Of a stretch of DNA of 64,000 bases, positions 29,400 through 38,625 are shown piece after piece. The position numbers were made by a program, and so were the translations under genes. The notes under the pieces were generated by a model. The model saw only the letters and a list, made by a program, of their open reading frames with translations, was not told the origin of the DNA and did not search any database. Source of the stretch: an uncultured virus (IMG/VR IMGVR_UViG_2875450446_000004) (Duplodnaviria; Heunggongvirae; Uroviricota; Caudoviricetes); IMG/VR virus record IMGVR_UViG_2875450446_000004; one strand, written 5' to 3'. Each line of letters begins with the position of its first letter. Positions within the stretch are counted from its first letter, which is position 1.

Positions 29400-29781
29400 T
29401 AATTCGTCCTCCCATCGAGTATCCTTCGTTATGCCCCGCCCAATAGTAGTAAATATCCGCAAGCTTATTCGTTGCGTCTTCGATGAAATATCGCACAGCT
29501 CTCGCGCTTATCCCCATCCGTTTCCCCGCCTCGACTTGCGTCAAATCTTCGAAGTATACAAGACGGACGGCCTCACGCTGCCTGTCGGTCAGATCCGCAA
29601 GCTCAACCGCGTTGTGCAGATCGAGAAGCACTTCGGCAGCTTCGTATTCTCCGAGTCGTTTGCGGCTGACGAACTTCGGATAATCGGAGAGCAGCGTTTT
29701 GACACCCTCCGCATTGTCTAGCGCATAAGCCGCCTCAAATTCGCGATCCTTTCGGTGTAGATCGATTTTTACTTTTCCGAT
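29392..29781 (-). CDS. Sigma-70 region-4 HTH protein (candidate late activator); probable ATC start
   Basis: LTDRQREAVRLVYFEDLTQVEAGKRMGIS; AGAGGAGG precedes ATC at 29781. Confidence 0.75.
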   Translation of the reverse strand: MGKVKIDLHRKDREFEAAYALDNAEGVKTLLSDYPKFVSRKRLGEYEAAEVLLDLHNAVELADLTDRQREAVRLVYFEDLTQVEAGKRMGISARAVRYFIEDATNKLADIYYYWAGHNEGYSMGGRING

Positions 29782-29895
29782 AACAACCGCCTCCTCTTTC
29801 GTTAATAACTTCGTTAACAATTCGCACATCTCTGTTGACTATCGGCAACTATTCCGTCTATACTGAACGTAAATACTTTCGTAAGGAGATTCGTT

Positions 29896-30285
29896 ATGGC
29901 ACTTACGTGGATTTCAAACGACTTTGATCGCAATACCAAAGCGTATATAACAATCGAAAAGCAACGACGTTTATTTATTTCGGCTGGTGCGCGGCGCGTC
30001 ATCGGACTGCCTACGGACGGACCGTTTTATTTATCCGTCGCATATGACGCGGCTGAAAAACGCATTGTTGTCGGCAAGCCCGAACTCGTTAAGCAGCCGG
30101 ACGTCAAACCGTTCAAATTCGATAAGCGCGGCAATGTTTCGGCATGGCCGTTCTTGCGTAAAATCGGCATTGATTTCGATAAGCTTCCGCAACGCTATTA
30201 TTTGATCGGCGATGGGGAAGCGTCCAAACAACCGTACCTGGCCTATCCGAAAGGCACGTATGCGTTTCAGTTAGACGAAAGCTGA
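29896..30285 (+). CDS. Hypothetical protein with its own SigA promoter
   Basis: AAGGAG RBS; TTGACT-N18-TATACT at 29835-29864. Confidence 0.7.
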   Translation: MALTWISNDFDRNTKAYITIEKQRRLFISAGARRVIGLPTDGPFYLSVAYDAAEKRIVVGKPELVKQPDVKPFKFDKRGNVSAWPFLRKIGIDFDKLPQRYYLIGDGEASKQPYLAYPKGTYAFQLDES

Positions 30286-31352
30286 TCCGCAAGCGCTCGC
30301 CCTACATACCACGCAACACGCGAAGCGATTCCGTTTCCAACGATCCGATACTGCGCCGATAAGGAGATATCGTCTGGCAGGACGTAAGTATCTGGCGCAG
30401 ATTGGATTCGGAGACATTCGCGGACGGTGAAACGGCGAGGTGCTTCGGTCGGATGAATCGGCTGGCCGCTGTTGTGATGCGCTGGAAACGTATTCGACGG
30501 TTTATCTAGCGATTGTACGCGATTGGCTTGATCGTAAGTGTATTCGCTTTTTGGCGTCCAATAAGATTTTTCATCGTGGTTAGCGTAAAACAAACCGTAA
30601 GGAACTCCTTTGCTCATAACTGCCGGAATAGTTCGCGAAGGCTCACCCATCGTAACCGGACGATTTTTCGCAACTGATGCCGGATTGCGGTCTAAGTATG
30701 CGATTTGCTTATCGTTTAGCTGAACGCCCGGTTCCGGCAAATCTCCGATAACATCCCGCAATACTCGCGTCTGATAATCGCCTTCTAACGGCTTCGGAAA
30801 CTCGAAAGTGAATCCGAGGTCTTTTCGTATTCCGACAATGAACACGCGCTCTCGCTTCTGGGCCACTCCGTAGTCCCACGCGCTCAGCACCTTCCAACTA
30901 ATCTCGTAACCTATTTCGTTAAATTTTTCGATAAGAGCATCGAATGTTGGACGATGTCGCTTCGTAATAAGCCCCTTCACGTTTTCGAATACGAAGGCTT
31001 TCGGCTTCTTGCGATCAATGATTTCGAGGTAACGGAAGACTAATTTACCGCGTTCTCCGTTTGCCCCTTCGCCTTTACCCGCAACCGAGAAGTCTTGGCA
31101 TGGCGGTCCGCCGAAGATTACATCTGTGTCCGGCAAGCTATCGATATCTACAGCGCTAATATCCGACTGTTCTACGTAATCACCGAAGTTGTGGCGGTAG
31201 GCTTTGACGGCATTCTTATCGAAGTCCAGCGCCTTTACAATATCGTAGCCGGCCGCTTTAAATCCAATTGCGCCGAGTCCTCCTCCGCAGAATAGTTCGA
31301 GTACCGTCAGTCCATTTGCCGGCAGTTGCGGCGTTAAGTTAAAGTCGCCCAT
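30267..31352 (-). CDS. DNA (cytosine-5)-methyltransferase core with two TRD-like segments
   Basis: Motifs FCGGG, PPCQ, ENV, QKRER, RRFTVREC, GNG. Confidence 0.95.
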   Translation of the reverse strand: MGDFNLTPQLPANGLTVLELFCGGGLGAIGFKAAGYDIVKALDFDKNAVKAYRHNFGDYVEQSDISAVDIDSLPDTDVIFGGPPCQDFSVAGKGEGANGERGKLVFRYLEIIDRKKPKAFVFENVKGLITKRHRPTFDALIEKFNEIGYEISWKVLSAWDYGVAQKRERVFIVGIRKDLGFTFEFPKPLEGDYQTRVLRDVIGDLPEPGVQLNDKQIAYLDRNPASVAKNRPVTMGEPSRTIPAVMSKGVPYGLFYANHDEKSYWTPKSEYTYDQANRVQSLDKPSNTFPAHHNSGQPIHPTEAPRRFTVRECLRIQSAPDTYVLPDDISLSAQYRIVGNGIASRVAWYVGRALADQLSSN

Positions 31353-31369
31353 ATATTCGCTCCTTTCGG

Positions 31370-31798
31370 TTAATGGTTCGGGATGGATTTCGGCGTGATC
31401 CAGCCGATCGTGCTGACCGTTCGCGCTGGTTTAAACCAATCCGCAACATATGCCCGTTGGTTATACATCCCGTCCTTTAATTTCACGGTAGTTGCCTTCG
31501 TTTGAATGTGATTAGGAATCTCGTTCATGCACTCTCCCCTTTCAATCGGGTCAGTCGGATGTAAATGACACGTAGCTTTCGCCATTACCGAGGCCGTAAT
31601 CGTTAAAGCCGGCTCATCCCAAGACATCTTACGAAGATATGTCGTTTGACCTCCTCCGCTATTAAACGCCCCTTTCATAAACGCCTTCTGCTCTTCTTCC
31701 GGAAGACTGCGCCAGTTACCACCATCCGGAATCTTGTGCGCATAGGGTTTCTCATCATTTCGTAACCCGTATCCGTAATGATTCGGAATATTCGTCAC
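31370..31798 (-). CDS. Two stand-alone C5-MTase target-recognition domains (frameshifted N-terminal part of the MTase)
   Basis: LRKMSWDEPALTITA and ADWFKPARTVST TRD motifs; the alternative frame from about 31410 reads in frame into the MTase. Confidence 0.8.
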   Translation of the reverse strand: MTNIPNHYGYGLRNDEKPYAHKIPDGGNWRSLPEEEQKAFMKGAFNSGGGQTTYLRKMSWDEPALTITASVMAKATCHLHPTDPIERGECMNEIPNHIQTKATTVKLKDGMYNQRAYVADWFKPARTVSTIGWITPKSIPNH

Positions 31799-32355
31799 TT
31801 CAACACCTCCGACATAATCGCGTCCAGCTTCTCGTACAACTCTTCCGGCTTGCCTGCGTTTTCTATTTCGTAATCAACTTCGAAACTGTTAACGGCAAGC
31901 TCAGTCGGATGCTCCAAGTCGGCGAGGTCGAATTGATCGCCGGCTTTTTTGGCGCGTTCAATGCGGAGCTCGGCCGGTGCTGTTATGCGGATAAATACGA
32001 AGCCTTCGTCCTTCAATCGCTTGTATTCGTTAGGCTGGCGGCAGTCATCGATGATCACGCGATTCTTTAGTGCCGTATTACCGCAGTCGCAAGGATGACG
32101 GTCGAGATAGGCGGCTATTTTCGGCATGAGAGCGTCGATCCATACGTCCTCTCCGAAGGCTTCCCGCGCCCACTGTCCGAACTTCTGATAATGAGCGCGC
32201 GGCTTCGGATTTCTCGGAACGTGAGGGAATGCGCGGTGGAATGCGTCCTTTAGTTCGTCGCCGAATGCGAACGGCTGGAAATCGTAGTGAAGCGAGATGT
32301 ATGATGCGGCCAGCGACTTGCCTGCGCGAAGTGGTGCGGTGAGGGCGATCTTCAT
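31795..32355 (-). CDS. Deoxynucleoside monophosphate kinase-like P-loop protein
   Basis: APLRAGKS, FAFGDELK, IIDDCRQPNE, HPTE. Confidence 0.85.
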   Translation of the reverse strand: MKIALTAPLRAGKSLAASYISLHYDFQPFAFGDELKDAFHRAFPHVPRNPKPRAHYQKFGQWAREAFGEDVWIDALMPKIAAYLDRHPCDCGNTALKNRVIIDDCRQPNEYKRLKDEGFVFIRITAPAELRIERAKKAGDQFDLADLEHPTELAVNSFEVDYEIENAGKPEELYEKLDAIMSEVLK

Positions 32356-33428
32356 TGGCGTTCCTCCTTGGTTGTTCCAGAGATATATTCGATCTCGTGC
32401 GTAGCAAATTCGCCCACCTTAGCGTTGATGCGAACGGACATAACTCCGTGCAACTTCTTACCGTCCTGATAAACTTCGAATCTTCCTGGTTTCCGACAAA
32501 TAAATACTAGAGGAGCGTCTGTCGCCGGAAAGCTTTTTTCTATATCCGCTTCCAGGTGCGCCACCTTTCCGTCCGTTTCCTTTGCGGCATATTTCAGCGC
32601 CTCCAATTCTTCGCCGTGCCTCCGGTTGTCTTTGTGCAGCGTGTCGATCTCGTCTTTCATACGCTTCATTTCTTCGTACACATAATCGTCCATCTCCACG
32701 TTCTCCGCGCGATCATGTTCGACTTTTTCTTCTAACGCAGCGATATCGTGGCGGATGTCCGAATCGGCATTCCGCAGCTCAGCGATTCTTCCCGGCCCCA
32801 TTTCGTTCCATCCGAGATCTTCCTTGATCCGTTTATTCTCGCGTTCCAATTCCGCAACACGTGTCGCTAGGTTAGCGATAACATCGATCGGGTCGGATGG
32901 CTGCGGCTCTTCTTCGGAGGATTCGACCGGGACGAGGACGAGATATTCGGATCGCTTTACCCACCCCATCGGAGACGCGTCGATATCTTCTTCGCTGAAC
33001 ACCTCGGTTACTGTCGCTATTTTACCGATATCTCCATCTACGGATAGGCCATCATCAGGCGCAATTATGACGATCTTTTCGTCCACTTCCGCCTCTCGGT
33101 CGACCATTTCGTAGCGCTCCGTACCGTCAGGGCCGGCAATGTGGACGACGTTGGTCGGTTCGAGGACGTTGTATTCGCGATCATATAAGGCAATCGATTG
33201 CCCATTTGCGAGGATAGATTCCGCATAATAACCGAATCTTGAGTCGTCTTTTACAAACCGACTAACAATCGCCATATCACCGTTTCTATATTCGGATTGA
33301 CAGTCTGCCTCAACAACAATTATTCTTTCGCCCACCTCGGCCTTCCGATCGACCTCTACATATTCGCGTTTGATTCCGCCAAGTGATTCGTCAGCCAATA
33401 CGTGGATTTTTTCGTTAGTTTTCGTCAT
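32352..33428 (-). CDS. Hypothetical modular phage protein
   Basis: Internal repeat (EVDRKAEVGERI / MVDREAEVDEKI) plus coiled coil. Confidence 0.65.
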   Translation of the reverse strand: MTKTNEKIHVLADESLGGIKREYVEVDRKAEVGERIIVVEADCQSEYRNGDMAIVSRFVKDDSRFGYYAESILANGQSIALYDREYNVLEPTNVVHIAGPDGTERYEMVDREAEVDEKIVIIAPDDGLSVDGDIGKIATVTEVFSEEDIDASPMGWVKRSEYLVLVPVESSEEEPQPSDPIDVIANLATRVAELERENKRIKEDLGWNEMGPGRIAELRNADSDIRHDIAALEEKVEHDRAENVEMDDYVYEEMKRMKDEIDTLHKDNRRHGEELEALKYAAKETDGKVAHLEADIEKSFPATDAPLVFICRKPGRFEVYQDGKKLHGVMSVRINAKVGEFATHEIEYISGTTKEERQ

Positions 33429-33623
33429 TTATTCCGCCTCCTCTAGCGTAACAACCCGCATAACCTTGCCGCGGTGATGTTTCGCGCCTCTTTTAGCACT
33501 CGCCAAACTGTCATACGCTTTAATACGTGGGGCCGTAGAACTTCCGCCACCTTTTGGATAATCGATCACATTGCCGTTTTCATCAACGGTTGCCAAAACG
33601 TATAATTCTGGAATTTCTTTCAT
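33429..33623 (-). CDS. Hypothetical protein
   Basis: GGGAGG RBS; within operon. Confidence 0.6.
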   Translation of the reverse strand: MKEIPELYVLATVDENGNVIDYPKGGGSSTAPRIKAYDSLASAKRGAKHHRGKVMRVVTLEEAE

Positions 33624-33638
33624 CCGATCGCCCTCCCG

Positions 33639-34187
33639 TTATTTAATAACCCGTAATTCTACCGACTGCCGGCCGAACTGTACCGCGTCGGCTTCATTCG
33701 CGACCAATAGATCGAGCCGTGCGCCTTTAATCGCGCCGCCAACGTCTTCCGCCTTCGCCCGAAAACTCGAACCGTCAGCGAGCCGGACTTCAACCGTAGA
33801 GCCAAGCGCAATCACAGACGGATCGACCGCTATGACGCGCGCTCCTTCGTAATAGATCGAATGGCTGACGTCGACTCCCGTTTTGGTGATTCCGGTGCAG
33901 CCTTCCGCACAAAAGGCGGTATAAGCCGTCATGGTAAAAGCCCGCCATGCTGACGTTTTAGTGGCGGTCGGATTCTTCGCTTTCTTCAGCGCCCTAATTT
34001 CGTCCTCAAGCGCCTGTATCTTCGCGTCCTTTTTCGTTATCTCTTTCGTTAATTCTCTGTTGCGTGATTCAGCCGATTGGATGGCGGCCTGCTCTGGCGT
34101 TATCCTGGGCGGTTCTGGCGGCTGATCTGCCGGACAGTGGCCGGAGAATAGATGCGCTGTTAGCGTGAAATTCGTTAGGATACCGAT
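33639..34187 (-). CDS. 3D-domain cell-wall lytic protein; probable ATC start
   Basis: MTAYT..GITKTG, IAVDPSVIALGS, AEDVGGAIKGARLDL; GGAGGTG precedes ATC at 34187. Confidence 0.85.
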   Translation of the reverse strand: MGILTNFTLTAHLFSGHCPADQPPEPPRITPEQAAIQSAESRNRELTKEITKKDAKIQALEDEIRALKKAKNPTATKTSAWRAFTMTAYTAFCAEGCTGITKTGVDVSHSIYYEGARVIAVDPSVIALGSTVEVRLADGSSFRAKAEDVGGAIKGARLDLLVANEADAVQFGRQSVELRVIK

Positions 34188-34189
34188 GC

Positions 34190-34885
34190 TTACACCTCCG
34201 TTTTGACCAATTCGCAAATGCTGACGGGAAATTTCGGTTTGACTAACTCGTAGACAGCTTTCGCGTACTCTTGAATTTCGACTTGACTATCGTGTGCCAG
34301 GCGTTGGTTTAGGAAATGCGCGACCGATTGAAGCGATGCCGTCCAGTAGTAGCGTACGTACATTCCGTAAGCCGGGAGGAATAGACGCGCTTGTTCGGCG
34401 CAAACACCCGATTTCATTGCGCGTTCATATAAACGCTCACCGAACGCAATGAAATCGAGTAGATCTTGCGTGGCTATTTTACCTTGACCTTCCGGCAGTG
34501 TTTCGCCGCTTCCCTGCTTCGAATTCTCCGGGGTTGACCGCCATTCATCCGCTTGCGGAATATAAAACGCAGGCTCTTCGGTAACATAGCGCCGACTCGA
34601 TTCGTTCCAAGCGTCCATTGTGTGATCGGACCCGACGATATATTTCCAGTGCTGGCGCGCAACCATTAGCGGAGCATAGATTTCGAATTGAACCGTCGCA
34701 TGACGGAACGGCGACGTATGCCCTTCCCGCGCAAGGAATTTAATAAGCCGGATGTCCTTTTCGGATAGTTCGGTAGATTCCTTGTCGTAGGAAACGCGGG
34801 CTGAGTTCACGACGGAAAGGTCGGAGCCCATTGCGTTTGTTAGGCGGACATAGCCGTTGTCGAGTACATCAATTTTGTCGTTCAT
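34190..34885 (-). CDS. thyX: Flavin-dependent thymidylate synthase
   Basis: SARVSY, GHTSPF, NESSRRY, EQARLFLP, QVEIQEYA. Confidence 0.92.
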   Translation of the reverse strand: MNDKIDVLDNGYVRLTNAMGSDLSVVNSARVSYDKESTELSEKDIRLIKFLAREGHTSPFRHATVQFEIYAPLMVARQHWKYIVGSDHTMDAWNESSRRYVTEEPAFYIPQADEWRSTPENSKQGSGETLPEGQGKIATQDLLDFIAFGERLYERAMKSGVCAEQARLFLPAYGMYVRYYWTASLQSVAHFLNQRLAHDSQVEIQEYAKAVYELVKPKFPVSICELVKTEV

Positions 34886-35251
34886 CTATTTGCCCTCCTT
34901 CGCGTATCCTTCTTTATCACTCGTGCCGTCCTGACGCGCATGATTCTCCGCATTTTTCGCCATATAAACATCGTAAATACTTTCCGGAGTCAGACCAACG
35001 ATTCGCGACAAAGAAAGCAAGAAGTGCCACATATCGATGACCTCGCCTTGTAACGCCTGCTGATCGATCTCCTTCGGATTTTTCCACCACTTCCAGTTAA
35101 CTTCGCGCCTGATCTCGTCAATCTCCGATTCCATAGCGAGAGTAATTCCGACCACCCATTCGTCAGTTGTCTTATCGATACTGCGCTCAGAGATAATCCG
35201 GTTATCTAACGCCGCCTGCATCTCGAAAATTTCGTTTAGTTTATCCTTCAT
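34886..35251 (-). CDS. Dimeric (all-alpha) dUTPase-like protein
   Basis: EIDE...WKWWK, EVIDMWHFLLS, KNAENHARQ. Confidence 0.85.
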   Translation of the reverse strand: MKDKLNEIFEMQAALDNRIISERSIDKTTDEWVVGITLAMESEIDEIRREVNWKWWKNPKEIDQQALQGEVIDMWHFLLSLSRIVGLTPESIYDVYMAKNAENHARQDGTSDKEGYAKEGK

Positions 35252-35400
35252 TTCGACATCTCCTTTTGTATGAATATCCCGCAAAGCAATGAAATGATAA
35301 CGACGATAGAAACGTGGATCTTTTCGGAAACATTCGGATTGTATCCGCTAACCCACAAGAACATTCCTAACGAAGCCATGACAGTCAATAACCGGCTCAT
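35248..35400 (-). CDS. Small membrane protein (50 aa)
   Basis: Two hydrophobic segments; stop overlaps the dUTPase ATG. Confidence 0.45.
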   Translation of the reverse strand: MSRLLTVMASLGMFLWVSGYNPNVSEKIHVSIVVIISLLCGIFIQKEMSK

Positions 35401-35449
35401 CACGTTTCCCGCTCGTTAATAACTGCGCATATACTTTCGTAATGGCAAA

Positions 35450-35840
35450 TTAGTCGAAATAGAAATCGTCATCCTGAAGCGCTTCGACCGTCGCCTTCTT
35501 GTATCCGTTACCCTTTGCTGCGAAGAAGTCATGCGATTTCGTCTTCGTATCAAGCCCGTTCAGCACGATCGGATTTACCGTTTCATCTTCGAAATACGGA
35601 TCGAATCCAAGGTTAGCAAGCGCCTTGTTTCCGTTATACCGGACGAACTTTTTAACGTCGTGAGTCAGTCCGACCTGATCGTAAAGATCCTCGGTGTATG
35701 CGACCTCATTTTCGTAAAGTTCCGCAAGTAATTCGACGGCAAAGTCGCGCAATTCGATCTGAACATCCGGAGACTGACGGTTGTAAATTTCCTGCGCAAG
35801 CAAGCCGACATAGACGCCATGGATCGCTTCATCTCTAATA
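35450..35840 (-). CDS. nrdF: Class Ib ribonucleotide reductase beta subunit, exon 2
   Basis: After intron terminal G: T-ATT-AGA-GAT-GAA-GCG-ATC-CAT restores [14 protein letters not shown]-terminal motif; spliced product 322 aa. Confidence 0.92.
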
Positions 35841-36647
35841 CCTTTTGTTCAGCCGAGATCGCTACTCTCGACCCGCTGCGAAATGCAGCCGCCTTACGTT
35901 ACCGCAAGGAGCAGACTATATCATCGCCCGCATGGGGCGCCTCCCGTTTCGATTTAAGGGGTTCTCACCCACGCCAATAACTTGCGCCCTACTCGTTTTG
36001 CGGAATTTCACCGCCTATGCGATAGTCGTTGAACGTTCTATGCGATCCCATATAGTTTTCCATCTTCGTTTATGCCGAATTAAGCTAACGTATCGTGGGT
36101 GCAAGTCGTACTTCTCTCCGGCTTCGCCATTGCTCATACCTGCAAGCAGGTCATAGATTAAATTCGTGGCTTGTTCATCTGAAAGCTTTGACATCGAGTT
36201 GCTTTCCCCAGGCTGCCCCGACATTAATCCAATCTTAAAGGCGTGTTGAGTGTTTTCTTTAGGAGTGACTATTTCTAAGTTGCTAACGTGGTTATTGAGT
36301 TTGTTACCATCTATATGGTTGACGAACATTCCGTCCGGTATTTCATGTATGAAGTACTTTGCTACCAATCTATGAACTAAAAAGTTCTGAGTTCCTTTTT
36401 GTGGGTGGGTGTATCCGACAACCTCATATCCGTAAGGTGTCACAAATGTTTTTCTAGGCCTATTAAGTTTCTTCGAAATAACTATTCCGCTCTCGGTAAT
36501 CCACCAAGGGGCTTCCTCCACTTCTTTTCGCATCATCTTCACCTCCTTTCGGATCGCATAGCTTCGCTGCTGATCGTCCTTTTAAGGATTTCCCAGCAAT
36601 TAGAGAGGTTCGCAATCGCCGTCACCGACGAAAGGGACTATTAATTA
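35841..36647 (-). mobile_element. Group I intron (807 nt) in nrdF
   Basis: 5' exon ends in U, intron ends in G; P AATTGCTGGGAA, Q ATCAGCAG, R GTTCAACGACTA, S ATGATATAGTCT; removal restores frame. Confidence 0.92.
36015..36542 (-). CDS. Intron-encoded HNH homing endonuclease (SPbeta YosQ-like)
   Basis: VHRLVA...[17 protein letters not shown]...N..H. Confidence 0.9.
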   Translation of the reverse strand: MKMMRKEVEEAPWWITESGIVISKKLNRPRKTFVTPYGYEVVGYTHPQKGTQNFLVHRLVAKYFIHEIPDGMFVNHIDGNKLNNHVSNLEIVTPKENTQHAFKIGLMSGQPGESNSMSKLSDEQATNLIYDLLAGMSNGEAGEKYDLHPRYVSLIRHKRRWKTIWDRIERSTTIA

Positions 36648-37225
36648 ATCAGGTTTATGATCTCGCCGCTGTTCATCAGCTTTCCTTGACCGTAGAAATA
36701 TAACGGATAGTAAAATCCGCTATAGAAAAGGAAGCTTTCGAGATAAACCGACGCAACCATCGCCTTGTATAACGAAATTTCATCGCCTGGTTTAATCGCG
36801 TTATACAGTCCGCCAATGATTTCGGCTTTCCGCTGCAAGTATCGATTCGTCTTCACCCATTCGAAAAGTTCCGTGATTTTCTCCGTTGGTGCGAGCGTCA
36901 TGAAAATGTTCGAATAGGATTTCGCATGGACTGCGTTTTCCATCATCGCCATAAAATTCAGGACGGCTTTACGTTGGTGACCGGATACCTGGGCGGCAAT
37001 TAACGGCATACCTTCGTTTCCTTGCTCCGTGTCGAGCAGCGTTAGACCCGCGAGCACTTTCATATACGTATCCTGTTCGTTCGCTCCGAGATACTTCCAC
37101 GTTAGAAGGTCGCCATTTAGCGAAATTTCTTCCGGAAGCCAAAACTGCTTAACGTTCTGTTCGTAAAACATCTGCGTAAATCCGTCGTCGTGTTGCGACC
37201 AGTTAGCCGCTGTATATTGCGTCAA
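36648..37225 (-). CDS. nrdF: Class Ib ribonucleotide reductase beta subunit, exon 1
   Basis: [34 protein letters not shown]. Confidence 0.93.
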
Positions 37226-37245
37226 TTATTCGTCCTCCTTTTCGT

Positions 37246-38625
37246 TTAAACTACGCATGATAAACAACCCTCCGCAGTCGTATCTTTAGTCCGCGCATAA
37301 TACAGCGTCTTAATTCCTTTGTGATGTGCGTAAAGGTCAATCCGGTTCAGATCGCGCGTCGTCATCGTATCTTTTAAGAACAGCGTAAATGAGATGCCCT
37401 GATCGACGTGCTGCTGGATCGTCGCGATCATATCGACGACCTTAAACATATCCATGTCGTACGCTTCCTTATAGAAGAACCAATTCTTCGCGCTAAGCCC
37501 CGGCATAGGGTAATACGTCTTGGAATTTCCGTATGTCCGCTCCTCAATCCGCTCCATAATCGGCATGACTGACGCCGTAGCCGACTGAACGTACGAAATA
37601 GATCCCGTCGGTGCAATCGCGAGTCTGTACGAATGGTAGAGTCCGTATTTTCGTACGTTATCCTCCAGCCGAACCCAATCGATGCGTTCCGGAATTTCAA
37701 CGCCTTCAAACATCTTCGCGACCTTCTCCGTTTTAGGAAGGAAATCTCCTGCGACGTACTTATCGAAGTAGCTTCCGTCCGCATACGTTGATCCTTCGAA
37801 TCCCTCGAACGTGCTGCCGGTTTCCTTCGCAAGCTCCATCGACCGCACCAGCGACCAATAATTGACGAGCGCAAAGAATACGTTAGCGAAGTCGCGAGCC
37901 TCTTCCGATTCATAAGCGATCCCATTCTGCGCAAGATATCCGTGTAGATTCATCGCGCCAAGTCCGATCGAACGCATCTGACGGTTAGCCTTAGCGACTG
38001 CCGGCGCGTTCTTAATATTCGTTGATTCTGATACGACCGTCAGCGAATCGACTGCGAGCTTAACTGTTTGCTCGATCGACTTATTCGCCATGACGTTCGC
38101 AATGTTCAGCGATCCGAGATTGCACGAGATGTCGAGGCCGATTGCGTCCTCTTCGCCGTAGTCGGTGTATTCGGATACTTGCGATACCTGAAGAATTTCG
38201 CTACAGAGATTCGAAAATTTCACTTTCGAAATGTGATTCAGCGCATGAGCTGCGTTGACGTTATCTTCGAACATGATGTACGGATATCCCGATTCGGACC
38301 GTAGAATCGCAAGCTTTTCGAGTAGCTGCCGCGGATTAATCTTGTCTTTGCGGACGTTCGGATTCTCGACGAGCTTGTCGTACATTTCTCCGATATCCAT
38401 TTCGTCAAGATGCTCGCCGTATTCCTTATAGACCGTATGCGGGTAGAAAACGTACGCGTCCCGATCTTCGCGAGCCAGTTCGATGAATTTATCCGGAATA
38501 ACAACGCCGATCGATAGCGTCTTAACCCTGACGTCTTCATCTGCGCTTATTTTCTTCGTATCCAGGAACGCGTCAATGTCCGCATGAAATACGTTTAGAT
38601 ACGCTGCGCCGGCTCCCTGTCTTTG
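37246..38625 (-). CDS. nrdE: Class Ib ribonucleotide reductase alpha subunit, exon 2
   Basis: Starts QRQGAGAAYL after terminal G; SNLCSEI, SCNLGSLN, APTGSIS, KTLYY, C-terminal CLSCVV; spliced product 699 aa. Confidence 0.93.
   Translation of the reverse strand, partial: QRQGAGAAYLNVFHADIDAFLDTKKISADEDVRVKTLSIGVVIPDKFIELAREDRDAYVFYPHTVYKEYGEHLDEMDIGEMYDKLVENPNVRKDKINPRQLLEKLAILRSESGYPYIMFEDNVNAAHALNHISKVKFSNLCSEILQVSQVSEYTDYGEEDAIGLDISCNLGSLNIANVMANKSIEQTVKLAVDSLTVVSESTNIKNAPAVAKANRQMRSIGLGAMNLHGYLAQNGIAYESEEARDFANVFFALVNYWSLVRSMELAKETGSTFEGFEGSTYADGSYFDKYVAGDFLPKTEKVAKMFEGVEIPERIDWVRLEDNVRKYGLYHSYRLAIAPTGSISYVQSATASVMPIMERIEERTYGNSKTYYPMPGLSAKNWFFYKEAYDMDMFKVVDMIATIQQHVDQGISFTLFLKDTMTTRDLNRIDLYAHHKGIKTLYYARTKDTTAEGCLSCVV

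Noticed and set aside
30267..31352. Type II restriction-modification system
   Set aside because: No cognate endonuclease adjacent; context fits an orphan anti-restriction phage MTase
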